Assembly (NCBI GenBank): GCA_938091905.1
Contig: CALKOM010000046.1
Location: 20,726 to 84,725, forward strand
From: an uncultured Verrucomicrobiales bacterium
GTDB taxonomy: Bacteria; Verrucomicrobiota; Verrucomicrobiia; Verrucomicrobiales; DEV007
Direction: 5' to 3'
Length of the DNA stretch: 64,000 bases
Shown: positions 1 through 9,960 of the stretch, piece by piece
How the letters are laid out: every line of letters begins with the position of its first letter
Numbering within the stretch: the stretch's first letter is position 1
The notes under the pieces: generated by a model
The model's database searches: none
Told to the model about the DNA's origin: nothing
Seen by the model: only the letters and a program-made list of their open reading frames with translations
Program-made: the position numbers and the translations under genes

Positions 1-422
1 GGTTTGATGAGTGGGGATCCGGTTGAGGACTGAATAATGGGATCAACCACAAGATTTCCGTTTGGATGGGAGGACTTCCAGGTTTCCAGGTGTTTGATGA
101 TCACCGTTATTTGCTCCGCATTTGGCAACATGCCCGTCTTTACGGAAGCGATTGGATAGCAAGCGAAGAGAAGGTCCAATTGTGCTTCTAACACTACGGT
201 AGAAACAGGTTCGATGAGTCTGACTTCCAGCGGGTTCTCGGCCACCACGGCAGTTGCCACGGTTAGCCCGTAAACTTCCGCCGCGGTAAAGGTTTTCAAA
301 TCAGCTTGAAGCCCAGCACCGCTAGAACTATCAGATCCTGCAATTGTTAGAGCTATGGGAGTTTCAGTTGTGACATATTTCCCAAATTCGAGATAATTTC
401 CCTTCGACTGTGTTCTTGCCAT
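1..422 (-). CDS. thiD: Hydroxymethylpyrimidine/phosphomethylpyrimidine kinase (3' end runs off the window)
   Basis: Not in the ORF track. Manual minus-strand translation from ATG at 422 gives ...PIALTIAGSDSSSGAGLQADLKTF...VKTGML...VVDPII, the ThiD signature motifs. Confidence 0.9.
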   Translation of the reverse strand, partial: MARTQSKGNYLEFGKYVTTETPIALTIAGSDSSSGAGLQADLKTFTAAEVYGLTVATAVVAENPLEVRLIEPVSTVVLEAQLDLLFACYPIASVKTGMLPNAEQITVIIKHLETWKSSHPNGNLVVDPIIQSSTGSPLIK

Positions 423-440
423 CTTAATTAATTAGAATAA

Positions 441-854
441 TTGTTGAGGGTGTCGAAATTTGAAAACGAATTCAAGGAAGTGGCTGGGCTCTCTGTGAAG
501 GTGGATGACGTCATCTACATGCCTAACCTTGAAGCTCCGGCAGATCGTCCGCACCCTTTCGTCTATTTCATTTCGATCATCAACCAATCCCAGAAGCAAG
601 TTCGCATCTTAGGTCGGAAGTGGGTTATTTGCCAAGCGAACAATGAGTGGATCGTAGTGGAAGGGGATGGCGTGGTGAATCAGGAGCCGGTCATCAAGCC
701 TGGCGATGAGTTTACATATAACAGTTACCACGTGATTGGCGACGACAGTCGAGCCACGGGCTCCTTCTTTGGAGAAGCCGAGGATGGTAGCCTTGTCATG
801 GTGCGCATTCCGGACTTTGAGCTCAAAATTCCGCAGTGGGCTGAGAAGAGTTAG
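441..854 (+). CDS. apaG: ApaG domain protein
   Basis: FVYFISIIN, ILGRKWVI, VEGDGVVNQEPVIKPGDEFTYNS are ApaG/DUF525 motifs. Confidence 0.88.
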   Translation: MLRVSKFENEFKEVAGLSVKVDDVIYMPNLEAPADRPHPFVYFISIINQSQKQVRILGRKWVICQANNEWIVVEGDGVVNQEPVIKPGDEFTYNSYHVIGDDSRATGSFFGEAEDGSLVMVRIPDFELKIPQWAEKS

Positions 855-882
855 TTGCCTGACGCAGCCGCCATCGTGATAG

Positions 883-1752
883 ATGAACATGGCACTAACG
901 ATCAAAGGCTACTCGAACGCGCTCTATGCGACGTGGTGGTTGCTTGAAGAATGGGGACTACTCTTCGACTGTGGGGATGGTGTCAGTGCTGGGCTTGGGC
1001 AGAAAGGGCGCAAAGTCAGAAGGATAGCGTTGAGTCATGTGGACTGGGATCATTCGTCTGATCTTCTCAACTTCCTCCAGCTCAATGGGCGTGGCCAGCT
1101 TCCCGTAATTTATTACCCTGCAGACTGCGGCTCTGTTCCTGCGCTTGCCGAGTTCTCAAGGCGATTTGATCTTCAGTAGGAAGGCAAACCCCAGTGGATA
1201 CCCGTGCGAGAAGGTGATCAAGTGCCTGTAGAGAAGGGGAGGTTCTTGGACGTCTTGCCCAACGAACATATCGAAGCCGCACCAGGGCTGTGCAAATCGG
1301 TGAGTTATCGGTTGGTCGAAAAGCGTCGGCGCCTTCTCGATGAGCATCGCCACCTATCGGGACTGGAGATTGGCGCCCTGAAGAAAGAACTTGGGGAAGA
1401 ATCTGTGACGAGAGAAGTCTGTAGACCGCTGCTAGGCTTTTCTGGAGATGCGGCTTCGCCAAATGCCGAGCTTTGGTATGAGGTGCCCTGTCTGACTCAC
1501 GAGGCGACTTTTCTGAGTAACGATGAAACAAGCGAGCTTGCGGTCAAGCACCGTCACTGTCGTCTGCCGGACGTCCTGTTGATGGCTGAAGAATTAGAAT
1601 GTCGCACGCTTATTCTGGGTCACTTTTCTACGCGCTATAGTCACGAGCAAATTCTCGAGGCCGTGGAATCCGAGCGTGCCCAAGCGGGCTACAAGGGTGA
1701 GGTGTTGCTAGCGCTCCCGGGCGAGATGGCCCAACATCGGGTGGAAGGTTGA
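883..1752 (+). pseudogene. RNase Z-like metallo-beta-lactamase-fold protein interrupted by an in-frame TAG
   Basis: ORFs 883-1179 and 1204-1752 are in the same frame, separated by TAG at 1177-1179. Motifs: LFDCGDG, SHVDWDH, FSGD, THEATFL, GHFSTRY. Confidence 0.8.
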
Positions 1753-1761
1753 TTCCCCAGG

Positions 1762-2410
1762 TTAGGCCTGCCTGCCACGCCTGCAAAGAGAGTGATGCCA
1801 AAGCAATCGCGCAGCAGCCGATCTGTATGGCCGCCAAGGTTCTGCGATGCCTAACTGATTTTCGAGGTCGGGTCTCGCCGAGAGCCGCTTCACTTCTTGA
1901 AGAGCTTTGGCTAAGGCGACGTCGCCTTAGCCAAATGTCAGGACGAGCAAGGCACATCAAGCGATACACATCGGCTGTCCATTGGCCGATGCCTGTTATC
2001 TGCATGAGTTGATCCGCCACCTTGCTGTCTGACAGATTGCTTAGGGCGGCAAGATCGAGCGTTCCTTCCAAGATAGCCTCCGCTAGTAATTTGAGATACC
2101 GGCTCTTCTGTCTGCTGACCGCGCACGCTCGCATGACATCATCACCTAGCGACAGCACATGTTGAGGGGCCACTGCAGGCAAGGCCAGGCACAAACGTTG
2201 ATAAGTAGCCTCTGCCGAGGCCAGGGAGACCTGCTGTCCCAGGATGATCTGAGCGAGCGAGGCGAAGCTAGGATGGCGTGGCTATAACGGTGGGTTGCCG
2301 TATTCCTGCACAATCTGGCAAAGGTCTGGATCTCGGCGAGCCAAGCGTCGCACGGCGATAGCTAATTTCTCTTCGGTGAGAGTCGTAATGCGCGAACGGG
2401 AGCTGGCCAT
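1762..2410 (-). pseudogene. alkA: DNA-3-methyladenine glycosylase II (HhH-GPD family), with a premature stop and a frameshift
   Basis: From ATG 2410: ...RRDPDLCQIVQEYGNPPL*PRHPSFASLAQIILGQQVSLASA...ITGIGQWTADVYRLMCLARPDIW. After a frameshift near 1930 it continues GDVALAKALQEVK...EPWRPYRSAAARLLWH to TAA at 1762-1764. The TAG is at 2282-2284. Confidence 0.88.
1906..1935. repeat. Perfect 30-bp palindrome TTTGGCTAAGGCGACGTCGCCTTAGCCAAA
   Basis: The 15-bp arms are exact reverse complements with no loop. Confidence 0.97.
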
Positions 2411-2427
2411 CAGGTGAGCGGGCTAAC

Positions 2428-2895
2428 TTACACAACAGATTTGATCACAGCGGTTTTCCCGTTCATCTCAAACGATTTGCCCTCTTTAGACTCGAACAGA
2501 CGTCCTCCCATCGGTGAATCCCGCGTGACGATGGTGCAGTCTTTTCCATCAATCTCGAACACGACGCCACCGGCCCCGGGACCACAGAAATAGTAGTCTG
2601 CGTAGCCATTCATTTCTATACAGACGAGTGCGCCCGGTCCAATCGCGTCGCCAGGTCCGTAGTCGCGTGAAGGCAGCGCTTCGAATTTGGCTAGGTTGGC
2701 CTCAGCTTCTTCCGCTTGTCGCGCTTGTGCTTCAGCTAGATAAGAGGCTTCCAAGGCTCGGGTATCATATTTGTTCTCCGCCTTGTTATCTTCATGCGTG
2801 GCTTCATCATGGGTCGCTTTGGCTGCTGCCAGCATGTTTGTGGCGTCTTCGCGGAGTTTGGTGATGATTTCTTGTAAAAGCCGTTTCTTGTCCAT
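2428..2895 (-). CDS. GreA/GreB family transcription elongation factor-like protein
   Basis: AENKYDTRALEASYLA, C-terminal IVTRDSPMG. Likely start is MDKKR at 2895. Confidence 0.82.
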   Translation of the reverse strand: MDKKRLLQEIITKLREDATNMLAAAKATHDEATHEDNKAENKYDTRALEASYLAEAQARQAEEAEANLAKFEALPSRDYGPGDAIGPGALVCIEMNGYADYYFCGPGAGGVVFEIDGKDCTIVTRDSPMGGRLFESKEGKSFEMNGKTAVIKSVV

Positions 2896-2937
2896 GGGTG
2901 AGGTGGTAATGTGAAATAAAGTCAGTCTTAGGCAACG

Positions 2938-4266
2938 ATGGAAATCAGCACGGAACAAAAAGTACGCTTTGGCGATTTGCGGGCCATCTTGCGCTATGTG
3001 CCGCTTTTTCGTGGTCAGCGCTTCGTGGTTGCTGTCGACGGTGCCGTTCTAGATTCCGGTGGGGTTGCTAGCTTCCTTCTCGACCTCGCGGTTCTGCAGT
3101 CTCTGAACATTCAGATTATCTTGGTATACGGAGCTGGCCATCAGATTCGTCTCCTGGCTGAGGAGCGCGATCAATCCCTGACATGCGCAGACGGAACTGG
3201 CTGCACAGATGAGGTTACCCTTGAGTTGAGCATTGACGCTATCAGTAGGCTGGCCAATCAGCTACGCGAACAGGCGACGGTTTCCAACATCCGCACGGCT
3301 TCAGCCAATGTGCTTGTGGCGCATCAAGCTGGACGCGTGCGAGGTGTTGATCAGGGATTGACCGGTGTCATTGATCGTGTGGACACCCAATGTCTCAAGG
3401 CATTTCTAGATGATGGGCTTCTACCGATCATTTCTCCGATCGGCCATGATCGGCGTGGCCAGACGCTGCGCTTAAATTCTGACAGTGTGGCAACAGAAGT
3501 GGCTCTCGCTGTGGGTGCGTCGAAGATACTCTTTGTAACGGAGGCCCATGTGACAGACACTGACGGTCAGCGAGTCAAGCAATTGTCGGTTGAGCAAGCT
3601 CATGAGATGGCTCAAGGGCGGAGTGGATTGGGGACCAAGTCGCCGATGCTCACCTCGAAACTGAAGCATGCAGCACGTGGGTGTTATGATGGTATCGCGA
3701 GAGTTCATGTGGTTTCCGGTAAGGAAAGAGATGCTCTGTTAGCAGAACTTTTCAGCAATGAAGGGAGCGGGACCATGATCTATCGGGATGCCTATCAGGA
3801 GATCCGTTTGGCAACGCAAGCGGATATTCCTGCCATTGTCGCAATGATCCGTCCGTCGATTACGGATGAAGACCTAGTCCCTCGGACATCTCAGGATGTG
3901 ACTAGCAACCTGTCAGACCACAGCGTGATCGAAATCGATGGGAATATCGTCGGGTGCGTTGCCTTGCATCCGTTAGACGAAAAAAATATCGAATTGGCCT
4001 GCCTATTCATCAAAAAGAACCACGAGAATCATGGCTATGGTCGTAAGCTCGTCGAGTTTGCCATTCGGCGCGCTGCGGAACTTGGTGCGACCAGTCTCTT
4101 TGCTCTCACAACTGGGGCGGTCGACTTCTTTGATCGGATTGGTGGCTTCAAGATCGTTGACAAAAAGGCACTCCCGAAGAAGCGCCGTGTAAAGCTGGAA
4201 GCCAGCGCTCGCGAGTCGCATGTTCTCCGCTGTGACCTTGTTGCAGTGGCGACGACGTCAAAATAA
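2938..4266 (+). CDS. argA: Amino-acid N-acetyltransferase (N-acetylglutamate synthase; AAK + GNAT domains)
   Basis: YVPLFRGQRFVVAVDG, LVYGAGHQI, LLAELFSNEGSGTMI, ELACLFI...GYGRKL. Confidence 0.92.
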   Translation: MEISTEQKVRFGDLRAILRYVPLFRGQRFVVAVDGAVLDSGGVASFLLDLAVLQSLNIQIILVYGAGHQIRLLAEERDQSLTCADGTGCTDEVTLELSIDAISRLANQLREQATVSNIRTASANVLVAHQAGRVRGVDQGLTGVIDRVDTQCLKAFLDDGLLPIISPIGHDRRGQTLRLNSDSVATEVALAVGASKILFVTEAHVTDTDGQRVKQLSVEQAHEMAQGRSGLGTKSPMLTSKLKHAARGCYDGIARVHVVSGKERDALLAELFSNEGSGTMIYRDAYQEIRLATQADIPAIVAMIRPSITDEDLVPRTSQDVTSNLSDHSVIEIDGNIVGCVALHPLDEKNIELACLFIKKNHENHGYGRKLVEFAIRRAAELGATSLFALTTGAVDFFDRIGGFKIVDKKALPKKRRVKLEASARESHVLRCDLVAVATTSK

Positions 4267-4274
4267 TTGGTTTG

Positions 4275-5249
4275 TTAAGCGAACGCCTTGATGAATCCGA
4301 CTTCGATGGCAAGGGCATCTTGAACAGTTGTTTCCAGGTGCCGTCGAAGATCTTCGAGAGCGGAAAACCGCGTGTTCAGCTCGTTAGGGGGGAGCTGTGA
4401 AGCGATGGTATGAGCGAGTTCGCCAAAGTCATTAAAGTCTAGGCGTTGGTAACCGGCTTGCAGTCGAAGGGCGTCACCCAGGAAACTTAGTAGTCCTTCT
4501 AACATCGTGGTGCGCCGCTGTACATACTCGGACTCTGTCCGATCCTTGAAGAACGTTTCCCGTCGTTTGAGCCAGTCCCCGTCCGTTGTCTCACCGTAGC
4601 GAGAGATCTCCGCTTTCAGTGCGGCATCGTTCTCTTGCAACAGAATCTCTTTCTCTTCTTTTAGAATAGCGGTGAAGGTACGAGCCAGAACCAATGCACG
4701 CGACAGGCTACGTTTCTGATCGGAGAGTGTCGTTCCAATGGCTTGGATGAATTGCTGAAAGGCCTTGGGAAAGTTTGGTTGATACAGTCCGGGAGAATAG
4801 AGAGCTACCGAAATGCAACGCGACCGAATGGTGTCTAACAATTGTTCGGGCTGAGATGTCAGCAATAGCAAGAGAGTGCGCGGAGGAGGCTCCTCCAACG
4901 TTTTCAAAAAAGCGTTCTCAGATTTCTCCTGCAAACGATCGGCATCGCGGATGACGCCGATCTTCGTCTTTGCTGCCGTGCCGGAAAGGTGCAGCTTCCG
5001 TTCCAGTTCTCTTATTTGATCGATCGTGATTCGACGTGACCGCGATTCGGGGCGGATCAACTGCACGGTTTCGTCTCGGATGGATTCAAGCGTCTCTGCA
5101 TGAATGCCATTGGTTAGGGCAATCAATCGCAACGCGAGTGCATCTTTCCCTGCTCCTTCCGGTCCCGTGATGAGGTAGGCGTGCGCAAGCCGATCTTCAG
5201 CGTGCGAATGCGCCAGGTAGCCATATGCCTGGTCAACTAAGAAGGCCAT
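4275..5249 (-). CDS. holB: DNA polymerase III delta' subunit
   Basis: HAYLITGPEGAGK, NAFLKTLEEPP, LLDTIRSRC; lies downstream of tmk. Confidence 0.92.
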   Translation of the reverse strand: MAFLVDQAYGYLAHSHAEDRLAHAYLITGPEGAGKDALALRLIALTNGIHAETLESIRDETVQLIRPESRSRRITIDQIRELERKLHLSGTAAKTKIGVIRDADRLQEKSENAFLKTLEEPPPRTLLLLLTSQPEQLLDTIRSRCISVALYSPGLYQPNFPKAFQQFIQAIGTTLSDQKRSLSRALVLARTFTAILKEEKEILLQENDAALKAEISRYGETTDGDWLKRRETFFKDRTESEYVQRRTTMLEGLLSFLGDALRLQAGYQRLDFNDFGELAHTIASQLPPNELNTRFSALEDLRRHLETTVQDALAIEVGFIKAFA

Positions 5250-5916
5250 CGTAACGTCTGTTGATGGTTTCCCATATCTGATCAGAGATCACGCTGATCT
5301 TTTGCATCGCATCAACAACGACAAATCTCTTAGGTTCCGCCTTGGCCAGCTTGAGATAGCCTTCGCGAACGCTGTTGAAGAAAGAGTTTGGCAATTTCTC
5401 GAAACGATCCAAGGGCTCCCCTGCGCGGGCATCCAACCGTGCCCGGGAATCTGTCGGAGCGATATCCATGAGAAACGTCACATCCGGCATGCAGCTTCCT
5501 ACCGCAAAGCGATTGATCTGTGTCACCGTGCCGGGATCTAGACCCCGGGCCACACCCTGATAGATGGTGGTGGAATCGAGGAATCGATCCGCAATCACAT
5601 GGCGACCTTCACTCAGAGCAGGCGCTAGCATCTCATCAACAAGCTGAGCCCGACTTGCGGTGAAGAGGAGGAGTTCTGCTCGTTCCCCGATTTTGGGAGT
5701 GTCCGAGGTGCGCTGGAGGATCTTGCGAATATCTTCGCCCAGCAACGTCCCTCCCGGTTCCCGGGTCAGGACGATCTTGTCGCCAAGAGACCGCAAACGT
5801 CGGCGCAGCTCTTTGATCTGGGTCGACTTTCCACAGCCGTCAACGCCCTCAAAACTGATGAAGATGCCTCGCTGACTCACGTGCCCAGTGGACGCTGATA
5901 GGGGCTCTTTGTCCAA
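5233..5916 (-). CDS. tmk: dTMP kinase
   Basis: FISFEGVDGCGKSTQ, TREPGGT, DRFLDSTTIYQG. Confidence 0.95.
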   Translation of the reverse strand: MDKEPLSASTGHVSQRGIFISFEGVDGCGKSTQIKELRRRLRSLGDKIVLTREPGGTLLGEDIRKILQRTSDTPKIGERAELLLFTASRAQLVDEMLAPALSEGRHVIADRFLDSTTIYQGVARGLDPGTVTQINRFAVGSCMPDVTFLMDIAPTDSRARLDARAGEPLDRFEKLPNSFFNSVREGYLKLAKAEPKRFVVVDAMQKISVISDQIWETINRRYDGLLS

Positions 5917-5943
5917 GGGAAATTAGGAAGATTGGAGTGCGCG

Positions 5944-8900
5944 TTATCCCAGAGCGGGATCTGCTCCGATCGTGCCGCGAAGGGTTTCGAAATAGCCCGT
6001 GCCCTCTACTCTAGCAAGTTCTCGACGAGCCTTCTCCAGGCGCTCCTCGATTCCCAAGCGGGCGATCTCGGTCTTGTAGATACCCTGGCTAGCGAAAGTC
6101 TGAAGACTATCGATGTGCTTTCGCCAGAGCTGAGCATCAATAGCGATCTTTGATGTCAACCGCTGGCGATACCAATCGCTGTTTATGACCGTTTCGTAGT
6201 CGAACAGGGCTCTCAGTTCTGGGCTTTGTACGGTCATGCCATCGCACTCTCCGTGGGCCATGACTGTAAGGAGCGCACGAAGTGGTGGGCAGGCCTCATG
6301 GATGGACTGATCTTCGAAATACTCAAGAGCGACACGTTGCTGAGCTTCCACAATGTTGGCGACACCATCGGCGAAAGCATCCATGTCCTGCAACTCGGGG
6401 CGGAGCATGTCCTCTGGGAATACTGAAAGCGGATCACTGAAGATTCTTTTAAAGAAGACATCGACAAATTTTGAAGTGATCCGGTACCCCAAGCGGCTGG
6501 CCTGCACGGTTTTGCCATCGTGCTGAAAATCCTCACAAATTTCCAGCATGTTGTTCTCAATGAGCCACGCAGGATCTCGCTCTCGGATGTGCATACGCGA
6601 CCAAACTTCAGGAATGAGCAAGCTGACATCGTGATCAACTCGATACTTCGGACCGACGTAAGCTGCGGCGCTGACATAGCATGGTTGCTTTGAGATGATA
6701 AACGCTAACAGAGCGTTGTTTAGATCGGTGATCGGTAGGAGCGCATTGAAAGGTCCTTTCGTGAGCGCTCCCTCAGAGCCGGCGCCCGTGGTCGAAGGGG
6801 ACTTGCCGGTGAGACTAGCCGTAAAATCCATGAACAGCTCGGGGAGCTCTTGGTAATGGATCGGATTAAAGACGGCCAGAGCGCGGATTCCCTGCTTTGC
6901 ATTTGGTGGGTTGTTGCGGCGTCCAGGTAGGACAGCATTCACTGGCGCGAGCACAGCCTTACCCGAGGGAATACGCCTATATAAACGCATGCCGATTTCC
7001 GCAAGATACTCGCCTTGGTCATCGTGGAGGTCCTGTCTATCTTGGAGATAACGAGGGTTCTTGGATGGTTTGCCCTCTACCAAGCGGGGCTGGTCAGAAC
7101 TTGCCACAAAGGCAGGGGAATCTGCTTTCACAAAAGCTCTCAAGCGCTTTTTGAGTGGAACCGTGAATTGTCCGAAGCGGATGGTGTTCCCCACCATTTC
7201 TTTCGCCTGCGGCCGTGTCAGAGGTTCGTAGTTTGAAAAGAAATTTCCTGAAGACGCGAAATCCATCTCGGTCCCTTTGTCATAGCCGCGATGGATGGCA
7301 TCGTCAGGACGCTGGAAGAAGCGGAACTCACAGTTCGCGGTGAACTTATAAGAGCCGTCTGGCAGGTCAGGATGAAGGCCATCGGCGTGTGATACGGGTC
7401 GCACTGTACTCGCAGTGATGTCGTCCTCACGTTGCAATTTCACCGCAGGGAGGAAATCCTTTCGAAGACTAAATGTCCGCCAAGCGCTTCCTTCGGGATC
7501 GAATCCGACACGCAGGTAGCTACTTACCAGGAGCTGGTTTAAGTATTTCAACTCGTAACCTGGCTTGCCATCGATGACATCCACGCTGAAGCGATGGTGC
7601 CAGTCATCCCACTCACCCCAATCCGGCTTGTGGAATCGCTTGATGATGAGAACCATCTCAATCACCTCTTTTGGCAACCCGTTCACATAGAGATTGTGTT
7701 CGTCAGTGTAATCTTCGTTTGGCGTGAGCAATCGAAGCACCGAGCCCAACGAGCGTTTTGGATCGAGAACGGGACGGCTCTGTTTGGCTGTTTTCCGCGG
7801 TTTGGGAAAGCGATCCCAGAAGTTCTTATTCAAGACTGGCTTGACCTGAGCCATCACCTCATCAAATTCAGGGATGATGACAGGCCCAGACGTCATGGCA
7901 TCGGCTAGGGATTTAGAGATCTCGGATTTCCCGCCGCCGGAGACGGTGCACGGCTTGTGACAGAAAGTTCCTTCCGCTTGAGTGCCGACAAGACGCCAGC
8001 GCGTTCCCTCCATCGGTTGCATCATGGAAACCTTGTATCCCGACGGATAGACATAGGCCCGGTTTGGGCGTAGTGTAAGTTCGCTACCTTCCCAGGTTAC
8101 CTTCTGGAGATGAAGATCGATTTCGGCGGTCTCTGGAACATAGAGGATTTCAGGATACCGTTTGTCGACTGCGTAGCCTTCAGGCTTGGTCTCGATGGCG
8201 TCTCCCAAGATCTGTTTCACCTCTGCAAAGGAATGATCCACATCCACTTGCCGACGGTTAAGCTGAAAATACTCGCCGTGGTCGAAGCTAGGGAAAGCGA
8301 TGGCTCCTCCTGCGTGCTCTTCTTCAGCGTTGCCTAACAGATTTGCGGCATAGCTTATCTGCGTCTTCACTTCCTTCTTACAATAGCCGAAATAGTTGTC
8401 GGCGATGATCGTCACCATGATCCCTCGTTTGTCGCGGCAAGTGATCTTAAAGGCGCCTCCGTCATTGTAGAGTTCATCTTCCGATTCCCAGCACATGCCG
8501 TCCCGCTTCTGACGCTCCGATGCATCATTGATGTGGGGAAGGCCCACCGCCTTCTTCTTCAACGTAATGAGATGGGGCGCGAGAATAGCGCAGCCGGTGT
8601 GGCCAGTCCATTGGTCGGAATCGAGAGCCGCGTTATTTTCTGGGAGGAATGGATCACCCGCATTTCCAAAGATCGTTTCGACAAAGTCAAGGTTGCTGAC
8701 GAGGTTGCCAGGCGCGAAGAGACGCATCTCCATGCTCCGCGAGGGAGCAATCCCAGGAACCTCTGGGATGACCACTGGGCGCAAGAGCAAGCCTAAGAAA
8801 GCCTCGGCCCTGTCCTTCTGATTCGAGGTGTAGGGAACCGTCAGCAGGTCACTTGGAGGATTCAATGCGGCCTTCAACAGGTGGGCGAATGTGACCTTTG

Positions 8901-9411
8901 GAACAGCCTTCTTAGCTGCGGGCACAGGCAGGCCACCTTCGGTCACATGAAAGACGCCCTTTGTTGTGCGTCGGTCTTTAGCGGGGTTGTGAATCACGCC
9001 TTGGGCAACCCTGAACGACGACACAATGTCAGACTCAAATTTGTCTTCGTTCGCCGGCAGGCTGAGAAGGCGTGCGATCCCGTGTTTTTCCAGAATAAGC
9101 GAATTGCTTGGTACGAGCGGCGATTCCCTCGATATAACGTCGTCTGGCACGCCCGAAAGGTAGTCTTTGAGGAACTCGTGAATTCGTTGATCGACGGGAG
9201 CCAGTCTGTCGGACAATAGGCGCATCCTCTCTTGGAAGTTCGCCAGGAGGGATCTTCCCATTTCGAGAAACGGAAAATCATCCTCGTCACCGACAATACT
9301 GAACCCTCGCGCCGCTAGCTTAAGGTTGACGTAGTCTTTAATGGTCTGCGTCTCTGCGCTGTCAGGTTCGTAGCCGTGTCCCAGTCCAATGGTCGTCTTC
9401 GGATCTTTCAT
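5944..9411 (-). CDS. Pyrophosphate-dependent PEP carboxykinase (PEP carboxytransphosphorylase)
   Basis: 1155 aa with HNPAKDRRTTKGVFH, NYFGYCKKEVKTQISYAANL, EEEHAGGA, CHKPCTVSGGGKSEISKS and GKSPSTTGAGSEGALTKGPFN, recognised as the PPi-type PEPCK family. Confidence 0.85.
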   Translation of the reverse strand: MKDPKTTIGLGHGYEPDSAETQTIKDYVNLKLAARGFSIVGDEDDFPFLEMGRSLLANFQERMRLLSDRLAPVDQRIHEFLKDYLSGVPDDVISRESPLVPSNSLILEKHGIARLLSLPANEDKFESDIVSSFRVAQGVIHNPAKDRRTTKGVFHVTEGGLPVPAAKKAVPKVTFAHLLKAALNPPSDLLTVPYTSNQKDRAEAFLGLLLRPVVIPEVPGIAPSRSMEMRLFAPGNLVSNLDFVETIFGNAGDPFLPENNAALDSDQWTGHTGCAILAPHLITLKKKAVGLPHINDASERQKRDGMCWESEDELYNDGGAFKITCRDKRGIMVTIIADNYFGYCKKEVKTQISYAANLLGNAEEEHAGGAIAFPSFDHGEYFQLNRRQVDVDHSFAEVKQILGDAIETKPEGYAVDKRYPEILYVPETAEIDLHLQKVTWEGSELTLRPNRAYVYPSGYKVSMMQPMEGTRWRLVGTQAEGTFCHKPCTVSGGGKSEISKSLADAMTSGPVIIPEFDEVMAQVKPVLNKNFWDRFPKPRKTAKQSRPVLDPKRSLGSVLRLLTPNEDYTDEHNLYVNGLPKEVIEMVLIIKRFHKPDWGEWDDWHHRFSVDVIDGKPGYELKYLNQLLVSSYLRVGFDPEGSAWRTFSLRKDFLPAVKLQREDDITASTVRPVSHADGLHPDLPDGSYKFTANCEFRFFQRPDDAIHRGYDKGTEMDFASSGNFFSNYEPLTRPQAKEMVGNTIRFGQFTVPLKKRLRAFVKADSPAFVASSDQPRLVEGKPSKNPRYLQDRQDLHDDQGEYLAEIGMRLYRRIPSGKAVLAPVNAVLPGRRNNPPNAKQGIRALAVFNPIHYQELPELFMDFTASLTGKSPSTTGAGSEGALTKGPFNALLPITDLNNALLAFIISKQPCYVSAAAYVGPKYRVDHDVSLLIPEVWSRMHIRERDPAWLIENNMLEICEDFQHDGKTVQASRLGYRITSKFVDVFFKRIFSDPLSVFPEDMLRPELQDMDAFADGVANIVEAQQRVALEYFEDQSIHEACPPLRALLTVMAHGECDGMTVQSPELRALFDYETVINSDWYRQRLTSKIAIDAQLWRKHIDSLQTFASQGIYKTEIARLGIEERLEKARRELARVEGTGYFETLRGTIGADPALG

Positions 9412-9528
9412 AGAGTATCTTGGTAAGAAGCCACATGACGTGGCTGTCCCTGTCTAGCCAATTCTTTCAAGCAACGTCTGTGCCACTTTGACTCGAATAG
9501 ATTAGGGAACTGAGGAGTCTACCTGTGC

Positions 9529-9741
9529 ATGCGAGCTTTCATTCACGGCCAAGAAACGTGTATTTGGTTAGGCTCGCTTGCTAGCCTAACCGTTGCCATT
9601 TGTCTGCTTGAGCCTTTGGAATGCCGCCCTTCTGCGAAGGACGCGATGAAGAGTCTCCTCCGAGAGTCTCCTCCGCTGGTGGAGATTCAACCGCCCCGTC
9701 CTCAGAGTGACATTGCGTGGTGGAAATCCCCGTCTACGTGA
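9529..9741 (+). CDS. Small hypothetical protein with an N-terminal hydrophobic segment
   Basis: 70-aa ATG ORF filling the intergenic gap; no recognisable motif. Confidence 0.35.
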   Translation: MRAFIHGQETCIWLGSLASLTVAICLLEPLECRPSAKDAMKSLLRESPPLVEIQPPRPQSDIAWWKSPST

Positions 9742-9960
9742 GGCGGAAGCTTTGTCCGCATCTGATAGCTAGTTCCTAGAGTGGCTATTATCGTTCGGAT
9801 GATGCCGTGTCAGCAAGTGGAGATCGTCTTGTGATCAGTTGCATAGGGCGTGGTACAAAGCATTTCCCTTGTCCCACCGGAGCACATCGCCAATATTGTC
9901 CGTTACGGTCGTTTGATTCGTCATGGATTTAACTGCCCAACCTCAACCCCTTGCGCTTCA

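Noticed and set aside
1628..1930. C-terminus of the 188-aa ORF (LRRRRLSQSS...)
   Set aside because: Out-of-frame read-through after the alkA frameshift; the true C-terminus is in another frame ending at 1762.
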